Shown here: piece after piece, positions 10,448-19,605 of the stretch
Position numbering within the stretch: position 1 is the first letter of the stretch
How the letters are laid out: every line of letters begins with the position of its first letter
Source: a bacterium
GTDB lineage: Bacteria > Zhuqueibacterota > QNDG01 > JAFGCO01
Length of the DNA stretch: 64,000 bases
Assembly (NCBI GenBank): GCA_016932575.1
Contig: JAFGCO010000059.1
Coordinates: forward strand, 2,975-66,974
Reading direction: 5' to 3'
Program-made: the position numbers and the translations under genes
The notes under the pieces: model-generated
Database searches by the model: none
Seen by the model: the letters and a program-made list of their open reading frames with translations, nothing else
Told to the model about the DNA's origin: nothing

Positions 10448-11713
10448 TCAATCCATGGTATGAATAATTAAACCGCTTCTAAGTTTGGGTTCGAACCAGG
10501 TTGATTTTGGTGGCATCACCCGATTTGCATCTGCAACTGCCATAATTTGACTGATGCCTGTGGGGTGCATAGAAAATGCCACACGATATTGTCCGCTGTC
10601 TACCAGACGTTCCAATTCACCCAGTCCCCGAATGCCGCCAATAAAGTGGATACGATCATCATTGCGGGGATCCTGAATGCCCAGAATTGGCCCGAGTAAA
10701 TGATTTTGAAGGATAGATACATCCAATATAGCAACGGGATCCCCAGAATGTTTAACTGCATCTGTGGTTGTTACTTTGTACCACTGACCATCAATGTACA
10801 TACCGAACATGTGTTCTTTTTCAGGACGATACGCCTTCTCAAGCTTTCCATTGGGAGCAATGTATGGCGAGACAAGAAACTTTTCTGAAATTTTATTAAA
10901 AAATGTTTCTTTCGAGAATCCGTTCAGATCTTTGACGGCCCGGTTGTAATCCAGCACTTTCATATGGCTGTCAGGAAAAAGAACGGCCAGAAAGAAATTA
11001 TAGGATTCTTCTCCTGAATGGTCCGGATTGCGATTGCGATGAAAACGCATAACACGGGTTGCTGCCGCAGATCGGTGATGTCCATCAGCAATATACAAGG
11101 CGTCTACATTTTTAAATACTTCGATGATTTTTTGAATGAGTTCCGGATCAGAAATACGGTACAGTGTATGCTGAATGTTGTAATCGCATATCAGGTCATA
11201 GAGAGGATCACTGATACGCATGCCTTCTGCAATTAACCGATCAATGGCTTCGCGGGCATGGTACATAAAAATGACAGGACCGCAGTGTGCATTCATATAA
11301 AGAATGTGATGTGCCCGGTCGGATTCTTTGGCAGGCTTGGTGTGCTCATGTTTTTTAATTTTATGCTGAATGTAATCTTCCGATGATGTGGCTGCGACCA
11401 GACCGGCTTGTTCATGGTTTCCCATTTTCATCCGGTATATGTAGAAACAGGGTTTGTCTTCCTGAATCAATATGCCCTGCTTTACCAATTTTTGAAGATT
11501 ATTAACACCCTGATTGTAAACTGTTTTATCATAAACACTGGTACCCGGGGGCAGGTCGATTTCTGATTTAATAATATGTAAAAAACTAATGGGATTATTT
11601 TTTGCTTTTTCTTTCGCTTCTTCAGAATCAAGAACATCATAAGGAGGAGATGCTACTTGTGCCGCTTTTTCCGGTATGGGTCGCAATCCCCTGAATGGAC
11701 GTACAGTAATCAT
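10448..11713 (-). CDS. DUF1015 family protein
   Basis: The N-terminus MITVRPFRGLRPIPEKAAQVASPPYDVLDSEEAKE...NPISFLHI matches the characteristic DUF1015 N-terminal block, and the size (about 420 aa) fits. Confidence 0.8.
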   Translation of the reverse strand: MITVRPFRGLRPIPEKAAQVASPPYDVLDSEEAKEKAKNNPISFLHIIKSEIDLPPGTSVYDKTVYNQGVNNLQKLVKQGILIQEDKPCFYIYRMKMGNHEQAGLVAATSSEDYIQHKIKKHEHTKPAKESDRAHHILYMNAHCGPVIFMYHAREAIDRLIAEGMRISDPLYDLICDYNIQHTLYRISDPELIQKIIEVFKNVDALYIADGHHRSAAATRVMRFHRNRNPDHSGEESYNFFLAVLFPDSHMKVLDYNRAVKDLNGFSKETFFNKISEKFLVSPYIAPNGKLEKAYRPEKEHMFGMYIDGQWYKVTTTDAVKHSGDPVAILDVSILQNHLLGPILGIQDPRNDDRIHFIGGIRGLGELERLVDSGQYRVAFSMHPTGISQIMAVADANRVMPPKSTWFEPKLRSGLIIHTMD

Positions 11714-11823
11714 TAGATTTACTCCGATTGTCGTTGGTATAATCAGATCCGGTGGTCACTTTTTCGTTATGGGAAAACATTTTCCGATCAATTAGGTCGA
11801 TTGCCGGAGGATGATTTACGTTT

Positions 11824-12585
11824 TCAATTTGGAATCAGCTTATAGACATGAATGTCAGTTAAGTTCACTGAAAAACGTCCGGGTTTACCGTTAAACCAAA
11901 ATCCGATTTTCCCTCTGTTATACAGGGTCTGTCTGTCTCCTTTATCTCGAAAATCGTGATATCGTTCCCCGTCCACGAACAACTGCAGACGGTTTCCGAT
12001 TTTTAAAAAGTCTATGGTATATTGCCGATTTGTTTGACATGGATCTTCCGGAATGTGAGAGAGCAGGATTTTTCCCGGATTTTTTCTCAGACGGCTGTGT
12101 GGGTGATGCATGCCCTGCGGATCGTAGCAATGCATGGAAAACTGATAATTCTGTATATTGGAATCAGCATAGGCTTCATAAGCACCTGGTTGATTTTTTA
12201 CAAGACTCAGCACATTTTCATTCTGCAGGCCGGCTGCACTTATAAAAAGGAGATGCATCCCCAGAGTGTCATGCAGATCCAGCCGGTATTCTAGCTGATA
12301 ACTGCCTTCAAAGTCTTTATCCAGCCAGATAATAACTCCAAGACTGTCTGTTGCCGGCTCTATAATCAGTCCGGAGTCCGGGGATGTTCGGGCAGTGCCT
12401 GTGCCTGCCATCTGCCAATGGGGTTCCATGCCATCGAAATTTTCTATAAAAATACATCGTGATTTATAACCGGGGTATTGGAATCTTGGGGGAATGTCCG
12501 GGATTTTATTGCATTTGAGAATGATTCCCATGACGCATAAAATAATAATGCCTTTTATACCGATTATGCTAATTTCCCGTTTCAT
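11824..12585 (-). CDS. hypothetical exported protein, possibly ConA-like/DUF1961-like fold
   Basis: N-terminal hydrophobic anchor, and the ORF is intact. The fold guess rests on weak pattern memory only (GKIGFWFNG...V near the C-terminus). Confidence 0.45.
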   Translation of the reverse strand: MKREISIIGIKGIIILCVMGIILKCNKIPDIPPRFQYPGYKSRCIFIENFDGMEPHWQMAGTGTARTSPDSGLIIEPATDSLGVIIWLDKDFEGSYQLEYRLDLHDTLGMHLLFISAAGLQNENVLSLVKNQPGAYEAYADSNIQNYQFSMHCYDPQGMHHPHSRLRKNPGKILLSHIPEDPCQTNRQYTIDFLKIGNRLQLFVDGERYHDFRDKGDRQTLYNRGKIGFWFNGKPGRFSVNLTDIHVYKLIPN

Positions 12586-12628
12586 TTCTGATACATCTCG
12601 ATCTTGCGCTGTTTTATTTTTAGTTAGA

Positions 12629-12745
12629 TTATCTGACCAATGTTTTGGATTTCATTAATTTTTCTTTTTTACGTTTTTCCCATTTTTTACGTTTACGCTT
12701 AAGTGAAATATGTTTTCGTTTTTGCTTGCTTTTACTTCTTGCCAT
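12629..12745 (-). CDS. unannotated 38-aa highly basic small ORF (MARSKSKQKRKHISLKRKRKKWEKRKKEKLMKSKTLVR)
   Basis: Below the ORF-track size cut-off. A perfect AAGGAG (12754-12759) lies 8 nt upstream of the ATG at 12745, and the stop is TAA at 12629-12631. It is co-directional with and 43 nt upstream of gene 11824..12585. Confidence 0.35.
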   Translation of the reverse strand: MARSKSKQKRKHISLKRKRKKWEKRKKEKLMKSKTLVR

Positions 12746-12925
12746 GCAATATGCTCCTTGCTTGTATCATTCGGTAGTTTTAAAACAGATTAGATCAATG
12801 TAATCAATTCAGCCTGAAAAATCAACAATTATGTCAGAGAATTTTAGGATAAATCCGGGGTATTTTTATATTGAAAATATGATGGGATTCTTTGGTTATT
12901 CTTTATGCTGATTGACTGTAGACCA

Positions 12926-13221
12926 TTGGAAAATCACAAATAACAAACGACAAATATCAAGCAATATCCAAATCACAAATGATATTTCAAATTCCAAACA
13001 TACTGATCTTTGTTTGTGATTTTGATCATTGGAATTTGTTATTTGGAATTTTTTCACCGTAATCCATACATTTTCTTTGTCTTAAATCCTTGCCATCTTT
13101 TTTTGGGTTCTTTTTCTGTTTTTTTACTTCTTGTTTCTCGATTCTTGATTCTTTTTATCTCCGTTTCCCCCATGCTCCGCTTCTCCGTCTCAGTCTCTCA
13201 ACCAACGACTCTATGACTCAA
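12926..13221 (-). repeat. intergenic repeat element, copy 1 (full length)
   Basis: Shares its ends (TTGGAAAATCACAAAT ... CTCTCAACCNACGACTCTANGACTCAA) and internal blocks with 22232..22561, and its right half with 62844..63017. Strand is given for the GA-rich orientation. Confidence 0.8.
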
Positions 13222-13245
13222 TGACCCAATAAACTCCGTGCTGCA

Positions 13246-15414
13246 TTAAATTTTTCCCTGCAGTCCGATCACGTAGGTTCTGGGCGGCATAAGGTTGCTT
13301 TCCATGGGAGCGTAATTGTAGTTAAAGAGGTTGCGGACGCCGGTTTTCAGAATAAGTTTGCTGATTTTTATATTCAGCCGCACGTCCCAGAATTTCATGG
13401 GTACTCTTTGATTGATGGGGTAAATTTTTACAGCCTCAATACGACTGGCATACCGATAATCCACCTGCAAGTTGATTATTCCCACCTGAAAGGCGGTTTT
13501 CAGGGTGGCCAGGGTGTTGGGCCGGTAGGTGAGAGGCGCGTTCCATTTCAGGTCCCTGTGATCCATGGCGGTAAGACTCACATCCACACTGGGCGTGAAA
13601 CGAAGGCCCGTAATGAAGAGCGGCTGGCTCCATTTTGTGGTGATTTCGAGACCCTGAACCCGGGCACGGCCCACATTGCGAAACTGGATCAGACCGCGAA
13701 ACAGGTCCAGATGCGCCTCGATCAGATTTTTATAATCGTTTCTGAATACTGAGAGATCCAGGTTCCAGTTTTCCGTAAAGTGATGCCTGAGTCCGGCGTC
13801 ATACGCCCAGCAGGATTCCGCCTGCAGATCCGGATTGGACTGAACCTTCAAGTTCATGACCGAGACTTCAAGGAAACGCTCAACGATGGTGGCCGCACGA
13901 AATCCGCTGCCTACGGATCCTCTGAGACTGGTCGTAGGCCAGGGCTGCCAGTTTACACCAAACCTGGGACTGAAAAGATCTTCCCTGAGCCCGTCTATCA
14001 GCTGATACCGGTCGTACCGCAGACCCAGTGTGGCTCTTAAATTTTTAAGAACGGACCATTCATCCTGTATATAGGGGCCCAGGAAATATCCGATATGGTT
14101 TCCGAAATATTTTGCACTTCCGGCGTCATGCTGAAAATTGATACCGCCGGTGATTGTGTGCGATGTATGGGGAATCCAGTCAGCCTGGATTTCGGCACCC
14201 TGCCCAAGCGAGGGATTGATATCGGATGTTTCACCGAACTGGTCTCCCAGAATGCTTCGGACCATGGATACCCTGAACCGCAGTCCGAAACCGGGAGACA
14301 GGGGAATGGCCAGTTTTGTATACAGATTGAGCTGATTGGTTCTTCCGTAATTGTCCAGGTTGGTTTCATCGACTTCATAGGGATCGTTGGGACCCTTCCA
14401 TTGAATGAAGAATCCTCTGTGAATGTAGCTGAAAGCCGCATATGATGTCCATTTCAATCCGTTTTGGAAGTGAACGTCGAATTTACCGGTCACATTGTAT
14501 TTGTTGAAGTCTCCGACTTCTGTGTAACCGGTTGATGTGAACCGGCCGGCTGAAACGCGCATGCCCAGTTTTCCCATTTGCTGGCTGTAACTGACATCTC
14601 CACGCGTATAATAGAGTTTGTCATGATCTGTCCATTCCCATGCCTTGTATTGGGGATATCCGTATTTTCCGCCAGTGTATGCAAAACGTAACTGGCCATC
14701 ACGAGAAGGCGGCCGAGTGATAATATTCACGACACCGCCAAGCGCGGATGTGCCCCATAATGTCGATCCAGCCCCTTTCAGCACTTCGATCTGCTGAATA
14801 TCTAGTGGCGGCAGCATATCCCAGTTAAATTCACCCGTATCGCTGGCATACACCGGCACACCGTCCAGAAGCAGCAGTACTTTGTTTCCCGCGCCGAATG
14901 TATAGCCGGTAGAGCCCCGGATATTAATCTGATTCCCGATAAAATTCACACCGGGCGCAGATTCCAGTGCCACAATCAGATCCGTGGCGCTTTTATTCTC
15001 GATTTCACGGGCAGATACCACAGAAAGAGAGGCATTGGCCTGATCCAGCCGCTGCTGAACTTTTCCGCCCAGTACCACAATCGGATCGAATTCTATGGGT
15101 GTTTCCTGCAATTCGACATGCACTTCCGTGGTCTGATTCTCCCCGATTTTAATATCCACTGTCTTTGCTCGGTAACTGATCATGGATACACGGATTTGAT
15201 ACTTGCCCGGATAAATATTTCTGATTTGAAAGTGCCCTTTTGCATCCGCGCTGCTGCCGAGCACAGTCCCCAGCACCTGGATATTGGCACCAGGGAGGGG
15301 CTGACCGCTTTGTGCATCTGCTACAGTGCCATTAATTTGCCCGAATGACCACAATGCAGAATGAAAAGAATGAAACAATATCAGGATCAGGATTTGCGCG
15401 CCTCTTTTTTTCAT
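13246..15414 (-). CDS. TonB-dependent receptor with N-terminal CarboxypepD_reg domain
   Basis: Signal peptide, then a CarboxypepD_reg-like block (GTVADAQSGQPLPGANIQV...GKYQIRVSMISY), a plug region (INIRGSTG, LLLDGVPV) and a long beta-barrel. The ATG at 15414 overlaps the upstream stop (ATGA). Confidence 0.85.
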   Translation of the reverse strand: MKKRGAQILILILFHSFHSALWSFGQINGTVADAQSGQPLPGANIQVLGTVLGSSADAKGHFQIRNIYPGKYQIRVSMISYRAKTVDIKIGENQTTEVHVELQETPIEFDPIVVLGGKVQQRLDQANASLSVVSAREIENKSATDLIVALESAPGVNFIGNQINIRGSTGYTFGAGNKVLLLLDGVPVYASDTGEFNWDMLPPLDIQQIEVLKGAGSTLWGTSALGGVVNIITRPPSRDGQLRFAYTGGKYGYPQYKAWEWTDHDKLYYTRGDVSYSQQMGKLGMRVSAGRFTSTGYTEVGDFNKYNVTGKFDVHFQNGLKWTSYAAFSYIHRGFFIQWKGPNDPYEVDETNLDNYGRTNQLNLYTKLAIPLSPGFGLRFRVSMVRSILGDQFGETSDINPSLGQGAEIQADWIPHTSHTITGGINFQHDAGSAKYFGNHIGYFLGPYIQDEWSVLKNLRATLGLRYDRYQLIDGLREDLFSPRFGVNWQPWPTTSLRGSVGSGFRAATIVERFLEVSVMNLKVQSNPDLQAESCWAYDAGLRHHFTENWNLDLSVFRNDYKNLIEAHLDLFRGLIQFRNVGRARVQGLEITTKWSQPLFITGLRFTPSVDVSLTAMDHRDLKWNAPLTYRPNTLATLKTAFQVGIINLQVDYRYASRIEAVKIYPINQRVPMKFWDVRLNIKISKLILKTGVRNLFNYNYAPMESNLMPPRTYVIGLQGKI

Positions 15415-16238
15415 AGCATCTCCTCGGGAAGCGCTGGTTTCACCTGCTCCCAATCCACAAAAATCTCGACACCGGACAAGGTTGAATCCGGCTTTACGGC
15501 TTTTTTCCAGAGTTCGCCGGGACGGTCTGGATCCATGGCTTCCCCGATGATCTGTACATCATAGAGAGGGGCGTTTTCAGCGAGCCAGAAAATGGCAATG
15601 TAACCCACATAACCACTTTTTATCGGCAGAATAAAATTGTGCTGTTTGACTCCTTTTTCCACTGTCATATCGATTGATTTCAGCCAGACCAGGTAAAATA
15701 CAACGCTCAGAGGTTTCTGGTTGAATGCCGCGACAGCAGTCACAGCAGTATTTTCGGGAAATTCGCCTTCAAAATAGACAGTGCCCCGTATGGCGGCATC
15801 CCGGTTCATATTTTCCCAATTGGCGTTTAAATGTCTTTCAACAAAAGGTTCTTCCTTTGAGATTGTGAAACCAAGCGGCTCAAATGTCATACCGTCAAAT
15901 GGCATGGCCAGTATATCGGCCAGATTGGATCGTGTGTCTTTGCTGTACCACCAGAGGCCGTACGCTTCATAGTGACCGTAGGGAAGGTCAATTTCGGTCC
16001 ATACCGTATCCTGATTTAAAGGCAGGCTGTTGGGGCTTTGAAAAAGCTCATTGATGGCATGGGGTGGAAATTCCGGCGCGACAATCAGATAAACGCCCTG
16101 GGTATCTTCAGGCGGATTACCCCGGAATGCCACCTGGGCTCTCAGCCTGCCCGGTACTGGGGCCAGACCGTGATCCACTTCACAGGCGGACTGGGATAGA
16201 ATGAAAAAAATGATGATTCCTAAAAAGCATCGTTTCAT
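15411..16238 (-). CDS. hypothetical lipoprotein
   Basis: Signal peptide with a lipobox-like LSQSAC. Translationally coupled (ATGA) to the TonB-dependent receptor gene. I recognise no family. Confidence 0.6.
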   Translation of the reverse strand: MKRCFLGIIIFFILSQSACEVDHGLAPVPGRLRAQVAFRGNPPEDTQGVYLIVAPEFPPHAINELFQSPNSLPLNQDTVWTEIDLPYGHYEAYGLWWYSKDTRSNLADILAMPFDGMTFEPLGFTISKEEPFVERHLNANWENMNRDAAIRGTVYFEGEFPENTAVTAVAAFNQKPLSVVFYLVWLKSIDMTVEKGVKQHNFILPIKSGYVGYIAIFWLAENAPLYDVQIIGEAMDPDRPGELWKKAVKPDSTLSGVEIFVDWEQVKPALPEEML

Positions 16239-16285
16239 GGCGCTTTCCCGTGTTTATAAAAATCCCCCGGTCAGGGGGATTGAAA

Positions 16286-18064
16286 TTATTTAAGCAGAAG
16301 GATTTTTTTCTGATCCTGCCAGTGTTCGGTTTCCAGACGGACAAGATAAAGACCGGATTGTAGACGCTTGCCCAGATCGTCTGCTGCTTTCCAGATAACC
16401 GTATGATGCCCGGCCTCAACGGAATATTGATCGATGCGTCCTACCCGGCGGCCCGCTGCGTCGAATACGGTGAGTCGGATATCCGATGGCCGGTCCAGAA
16501 TAAATTGAATGCGTGTGGTGCTGTTGAACGGATTTGGATAATTTTGTGAGAGCCCGAATTGCTCTGGTGATGCGATTTCATTAATTTTTGACAGGTCGAT
16601 TTCTTCTGAACGGGCTGTAAGGTTGACTGAAGACAAGAGCTGACCATAGAGTGTTTCCGCGAAAGTCTGATTCTGGTTGGCCCCCAATAAATATGAGGTA
16701 AAGCTGAAATCCAGATTGACCGGTTTGTCATGCCGGGTATTAAAAAAGCGAAGCCCGCTGTCACCATATGAAATGTAATCTCCGGAATCATCGGCTATCA
16801 GAATATCCTGATCGGCCTGTCCGCCGTCCTGATTATCAAAATAATACAAAGACACATCATCCCAGTTGGATTCGGCAAAATCGAACAGGTTAAACATGGT
16901 TCCCTGGTTTCCTGTGGCCATGGTCCAGACCCGAAGGCGCTCTCCTGTTGTTATATCAACTTCTGTATTTATCTGATCTGTCTGACCATCGATGGATACC
17001 TCGCTGTTATGCGGATTGAAAAATTTCATTCCCGTTGCGTTCTCATTGAAATCCCATGATTGCCGTAAATAGTCGACTTCGATCACCAGCTGCATGGACG
17101 GTTCATCCAGGGCTTCCCGGATACTGTCCGGATCGAGTACTGTTCCGCCTTCAGATGTCCCGGAGAATGGATAATTTTTCGTGGTAATATAAAATTCTGC
17201 TCCTTCCAGAGGGGCACCGAGCCCAATGCCCATCCGCACTTCACGAATGATTCTGACCACAGGCTGGTCCGTGTAGGCGAGGTAGGTGTCATTATCAAAC
17301 TGCATTAAAATCTGTTCTGTGGCACTGTTGGCATCATCCCGGCCCCATGTCAACTGAAGGCCCGACCAGTCAACATACCCATTTAATCGTAATTTCTGTG
17401 TATCAAAAATATCCTGGCCGGATCCATAAGGGGGCCTGATCAGAATATCTGATATGAGTCCGTCTTGCTGATTGATTGTCATGGAATAGGCCAGGCTTTG
17501 AACGGTATGGGTTCCCGGATCGAATTGCATGGCGTACCTGTCGGCCACATCCGCGGGCATAACCAGCGTGCCCGACCTGTAGATATAGGCGTAAGCGCTT
17601 TCACCACTCAGCGGATCCGTGATTTCAAGCTCACACCTGTGGTTTGCCCTGGCTTCCGCATTATCGATCCAATCATGATCAGGGGCCTTGTCCCCCAAAT
17701 CCCGGATCATAAATACCAGTTCATCATCGCCGTCGAAGCCCGGCAGTGTATCAGGCTGGACATAATCCGGATTTATATTGGCGATGATATAAAAATGGCG
17801 CTCCCGTTCATTTTCGCCTTTTGCCAGGTCCGGGTCGGGTAATTTGGCCCGTTCGTCGATCTGGAACGGGATCATGGCCCAGGCGCCTTCCCGGTATGCG
17901 TAGACAAATATTTCATTCACCGGAATGCCCTTCACAGGCTGGATGTCCGAACCGAGAATAACCATTGGTTCATATGGCCGGTCTTCATAAGGTTTACCGC
18001 TGTATAAGATTCCTGCCGTCAGGAACAGAAGCAGGCTCTGACAGATTCGGATGGATACTTTCAT
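16286..18064 (-). CDS. hypothetical secreted protein with T9SS type A C-terminal sorting domain
   Basis: Signal peptide present. The C-terminus reads QNYPNPFNSTTRIQFIL...GLYLVRLE...K. First gene of a three-gene co-directional set. Confidence 0.65.
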   Translation of the reverse strand: MKVSIRICQSLLLFLTAGILYSGKPYEDRPYEPMVILGSDIQPVKGIPVNEIFVYAYREGAWAMIPFQIDERAKLPDPDLAKGENERERHFYIIANINPDYVQPDTLPGFDGDDELVFMIRDLGDKAPDHDWIDNAEARANHRCELEITDPLSGESAYAYIYRSGTLVMPADVADRYAMQFDPGTHTVQSLAYSMTINQQDGLISDILIRPPYGSGQDIFDTQKLRLNGYVDWSGLQLTWGRDDANSATEQILMQFDNDTYLAYTDQPVVRIIREVRMGIGLGAPLEGAEFYITTKNYPFSGTSEGGTVLDPDSIREALDEPSMQLVIEVDYLRQSWDFNENATGMKFFNPHNSEVSIDGQTDQINTEVDITTGERLRVWTMATGNQGTMFNLFDFAESNWDDVSLYYFDNQDGGQADQDILIADDSGDYISYGDSGLRFFNTRHDKPVNLDFSFTSYLLGANQNQTFAETLYGQLLSSVNLTARSEEIDLSKINEIASPEQFGLSQNYPNPFNSTTRIQFILDRPSDIRLTVFDAAGRRVGRIDQYSVEAGHHTVIWKAADDLGKRLQSGLYLVRLETEHWQDQKKILLLK

Positions 18065-18423
18065 TTTTACCCCCTGGTTGGTTTTTTTTTATACCATCAG
18101 TTATACGAAAGGGCATCCGGATGGTTTCTCGGTCCAATCAGTTTGTGTGTAAACAGAGAATGGCGCCATAGTATATGTCACTTCTAATGATGTGAGAAAT
18201 CCTGTTCACATCATATTTTAAACCAAGATGAAAAGATTTTTCTCCCCGCTACGCGGTGTTCTAAATGATAAAAACAACTGTGTTTTCACTCAGTCTCCGA
18301 TGGGTGATTTCAGAGAATAAACCGCTGTCCGGATTTTTGTATTATTCAGCCAGTGATTAATCTCCGCTCTATTTGCCACAAAATCATTTGACAGACCGGC
18401 AGCCTTTGTATTCAGGATCCCTT

Positions 18424-19605
18424 TCAAACCCCGCCGTAGACTTTGGCGGCTTCTAAAATGAGTTTCGGATGCTTTAATAAAGCCGTCTTGAAAATCTGCA
18501 TGATTGACCGGTTTTTTAATGGTATGCCGTTGACTGTTTGCGCGATTTTATTCAAGTCCTTGTCAGAGAATTTATTTACCACCTGCTGTATACGATAACT
18601 TCTTTCGTTATTTTTACCTTCGGTTTTGTGCCATTCTTTAACATATGGACTCAGCTGTTTTTCAGAAACATCTCCTTTCCGGATCGCATCAGCGGCGACC
18701 CGGCCTGCAATTTTTCCGGCGATCATACCGTTCAAAATGCCCCCGCCAGTCATGGGATTCACCTGATGGGCCGCATCTCCCACGAGCATGAGCCCGTCTG
18801 CCACGATATGTTTTAAAGTGTCCACACAGGGAACACCGCCGGCAACCAGGGTTAATATTTTTGCACCGGGGAAATGCTTGTCCACGAATTGATGCAGATA
18901 GGCAATCGGTTTCATCTCGGCCGAATATTTGCCTGAAACCCCCAGACCGACATTTGCCATTCGCGGACCTTTGGGAAAAACCCAGGCATATCCGCCCGGT
19001 GCCACTTGATTCCCGAAATAGATCACAATGGTTTCGGGATCGATATCGATATCCGCCAGTGTCATTTGAGCGCAGGTATCCATGTCTTTTGGTTTTGTAC
19101 GGGTTTTTAATCCTGCCCGGCGGCCGAGCCGTGATTCAACTCCGTCTGCTCCGATAACCAGGCGGCTCCTGAATTCAATTTTTCTGTCCAGATGTTCGGC
19201 CCTGACACCTGCGATATTGCCGCTTTCCCGAATGATATCGTACACGTATGCCCGAGTCAGAATATTCACGCCCGCTTCTCCAGCCATGGAAGCCAGATCA
19301 TAATCAAAGAGTTTTCGATGCAATATGTATCCGACCTGTCCTGCAGTACCGACATCGACTGCAGTACCATCCGGGGCAATAAGTTGGGCCTTTGTTATTT
19401 TCTGAGAGATCCATCCCGGCTTCACAAATCCCATGACCAGTTTTAATCCGGCTTGAGACACGCCCTCGGCGCATCGCACAGGTACGCCGATTTCCCGGTC
19501 TTTTTCAAGCATAATCACAGACGCGCCGCCTTTTGCGGCTTCCAGGGCAGCCATGGATCCGGCGGGTCCTCCTCCGACGACAATTATATCATAAGCGGTG
19601 TTCAT
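18424..19605 (-). CDS. FAD-dependent oxidoreductase of the geranylgeranyl reductase family
   Basis: Contains DIIVVGGGPAGS (GxGxxG), VRCAEGVS and LVGDAAHQVNPMTGGGI, and is about 393 aa. The ATG at 19605 overlaps the ferredoxin stop codon (ATGA). Confidence 0.75.
   Translation of the reverse strand: MNTAYDIIVVGGGPAGSMAALEAAKGGASVIMLEKDREIGVPVRCAEGVSQAGLKLVMGFVKPGWISQKITKAQLIAPDGTAVDVGTAGQVGYILHRKLFDYDLASMAGEAGVNILTRAYVYDIIRESGNIAGVRAEHLDRKIEFRSRLVIGADGVESRLGRRAGLKTRTKPKDMDTCAQMTLADIDIDPETIVIYFGNQVAPGGYAWVFPKGPRMANVGLGVSGKYSAEMKPIAYLHQFVDKHFPGAKILTLVAGGVPCVDTLKHIVADGLMLVGDAAHQVNPMTGGGILNGMIAGKIAGRVAADAIRKGDVSEKQLSPYVKEWHKTEGKNNERSYRIQQVVNKFSDKDLNKIAQTVNGIPLKNRSIMQIFKTALLKHPKLILEAAKVYGGV

Noticed and set aside
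10484-10500. A gggttcgaacc string reminiscent of a tRNA T-arm.
   Set aside because: It lies inside the DUF1015 coding sequence, and no cloverleaf context (acceptor or anticodon stems) is around it.
12930-13040. Short tandem heptamers (NACAAAY and GRAATTT) that might be taken for a CRISPR-like or minisatellite array.
   Set aside because: The units are 7 nt with no spacers and only 3-4 iterations. They are part of the larger repeat element, and no cas genes are present.
13010-13216. ORFs lying inside the intergenic repeats (13010..13216, 22191..22469, 22351..22554, 22487..22699, 62808..62999), which encode Phe/Leu/Ser-rich peptides with some mutual similarity.
   Set aside because: The similarity is explained by nucleotide-level repeat conservation. 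The copies differ by indels that break any common frame. The peptides are low-complexity translations of a pyrimidine-rich strand, lack an RBS and run antisense to all flanking genes.
18188-18215. The hairpin atgatgtga-N10-tcacatcat downstream of the GGR gene, considered as its terminator.
   Set aside because: There is no U-tract on the minus strand, and it lies more than 200 nt from the stop. I cannot support a terminator call.
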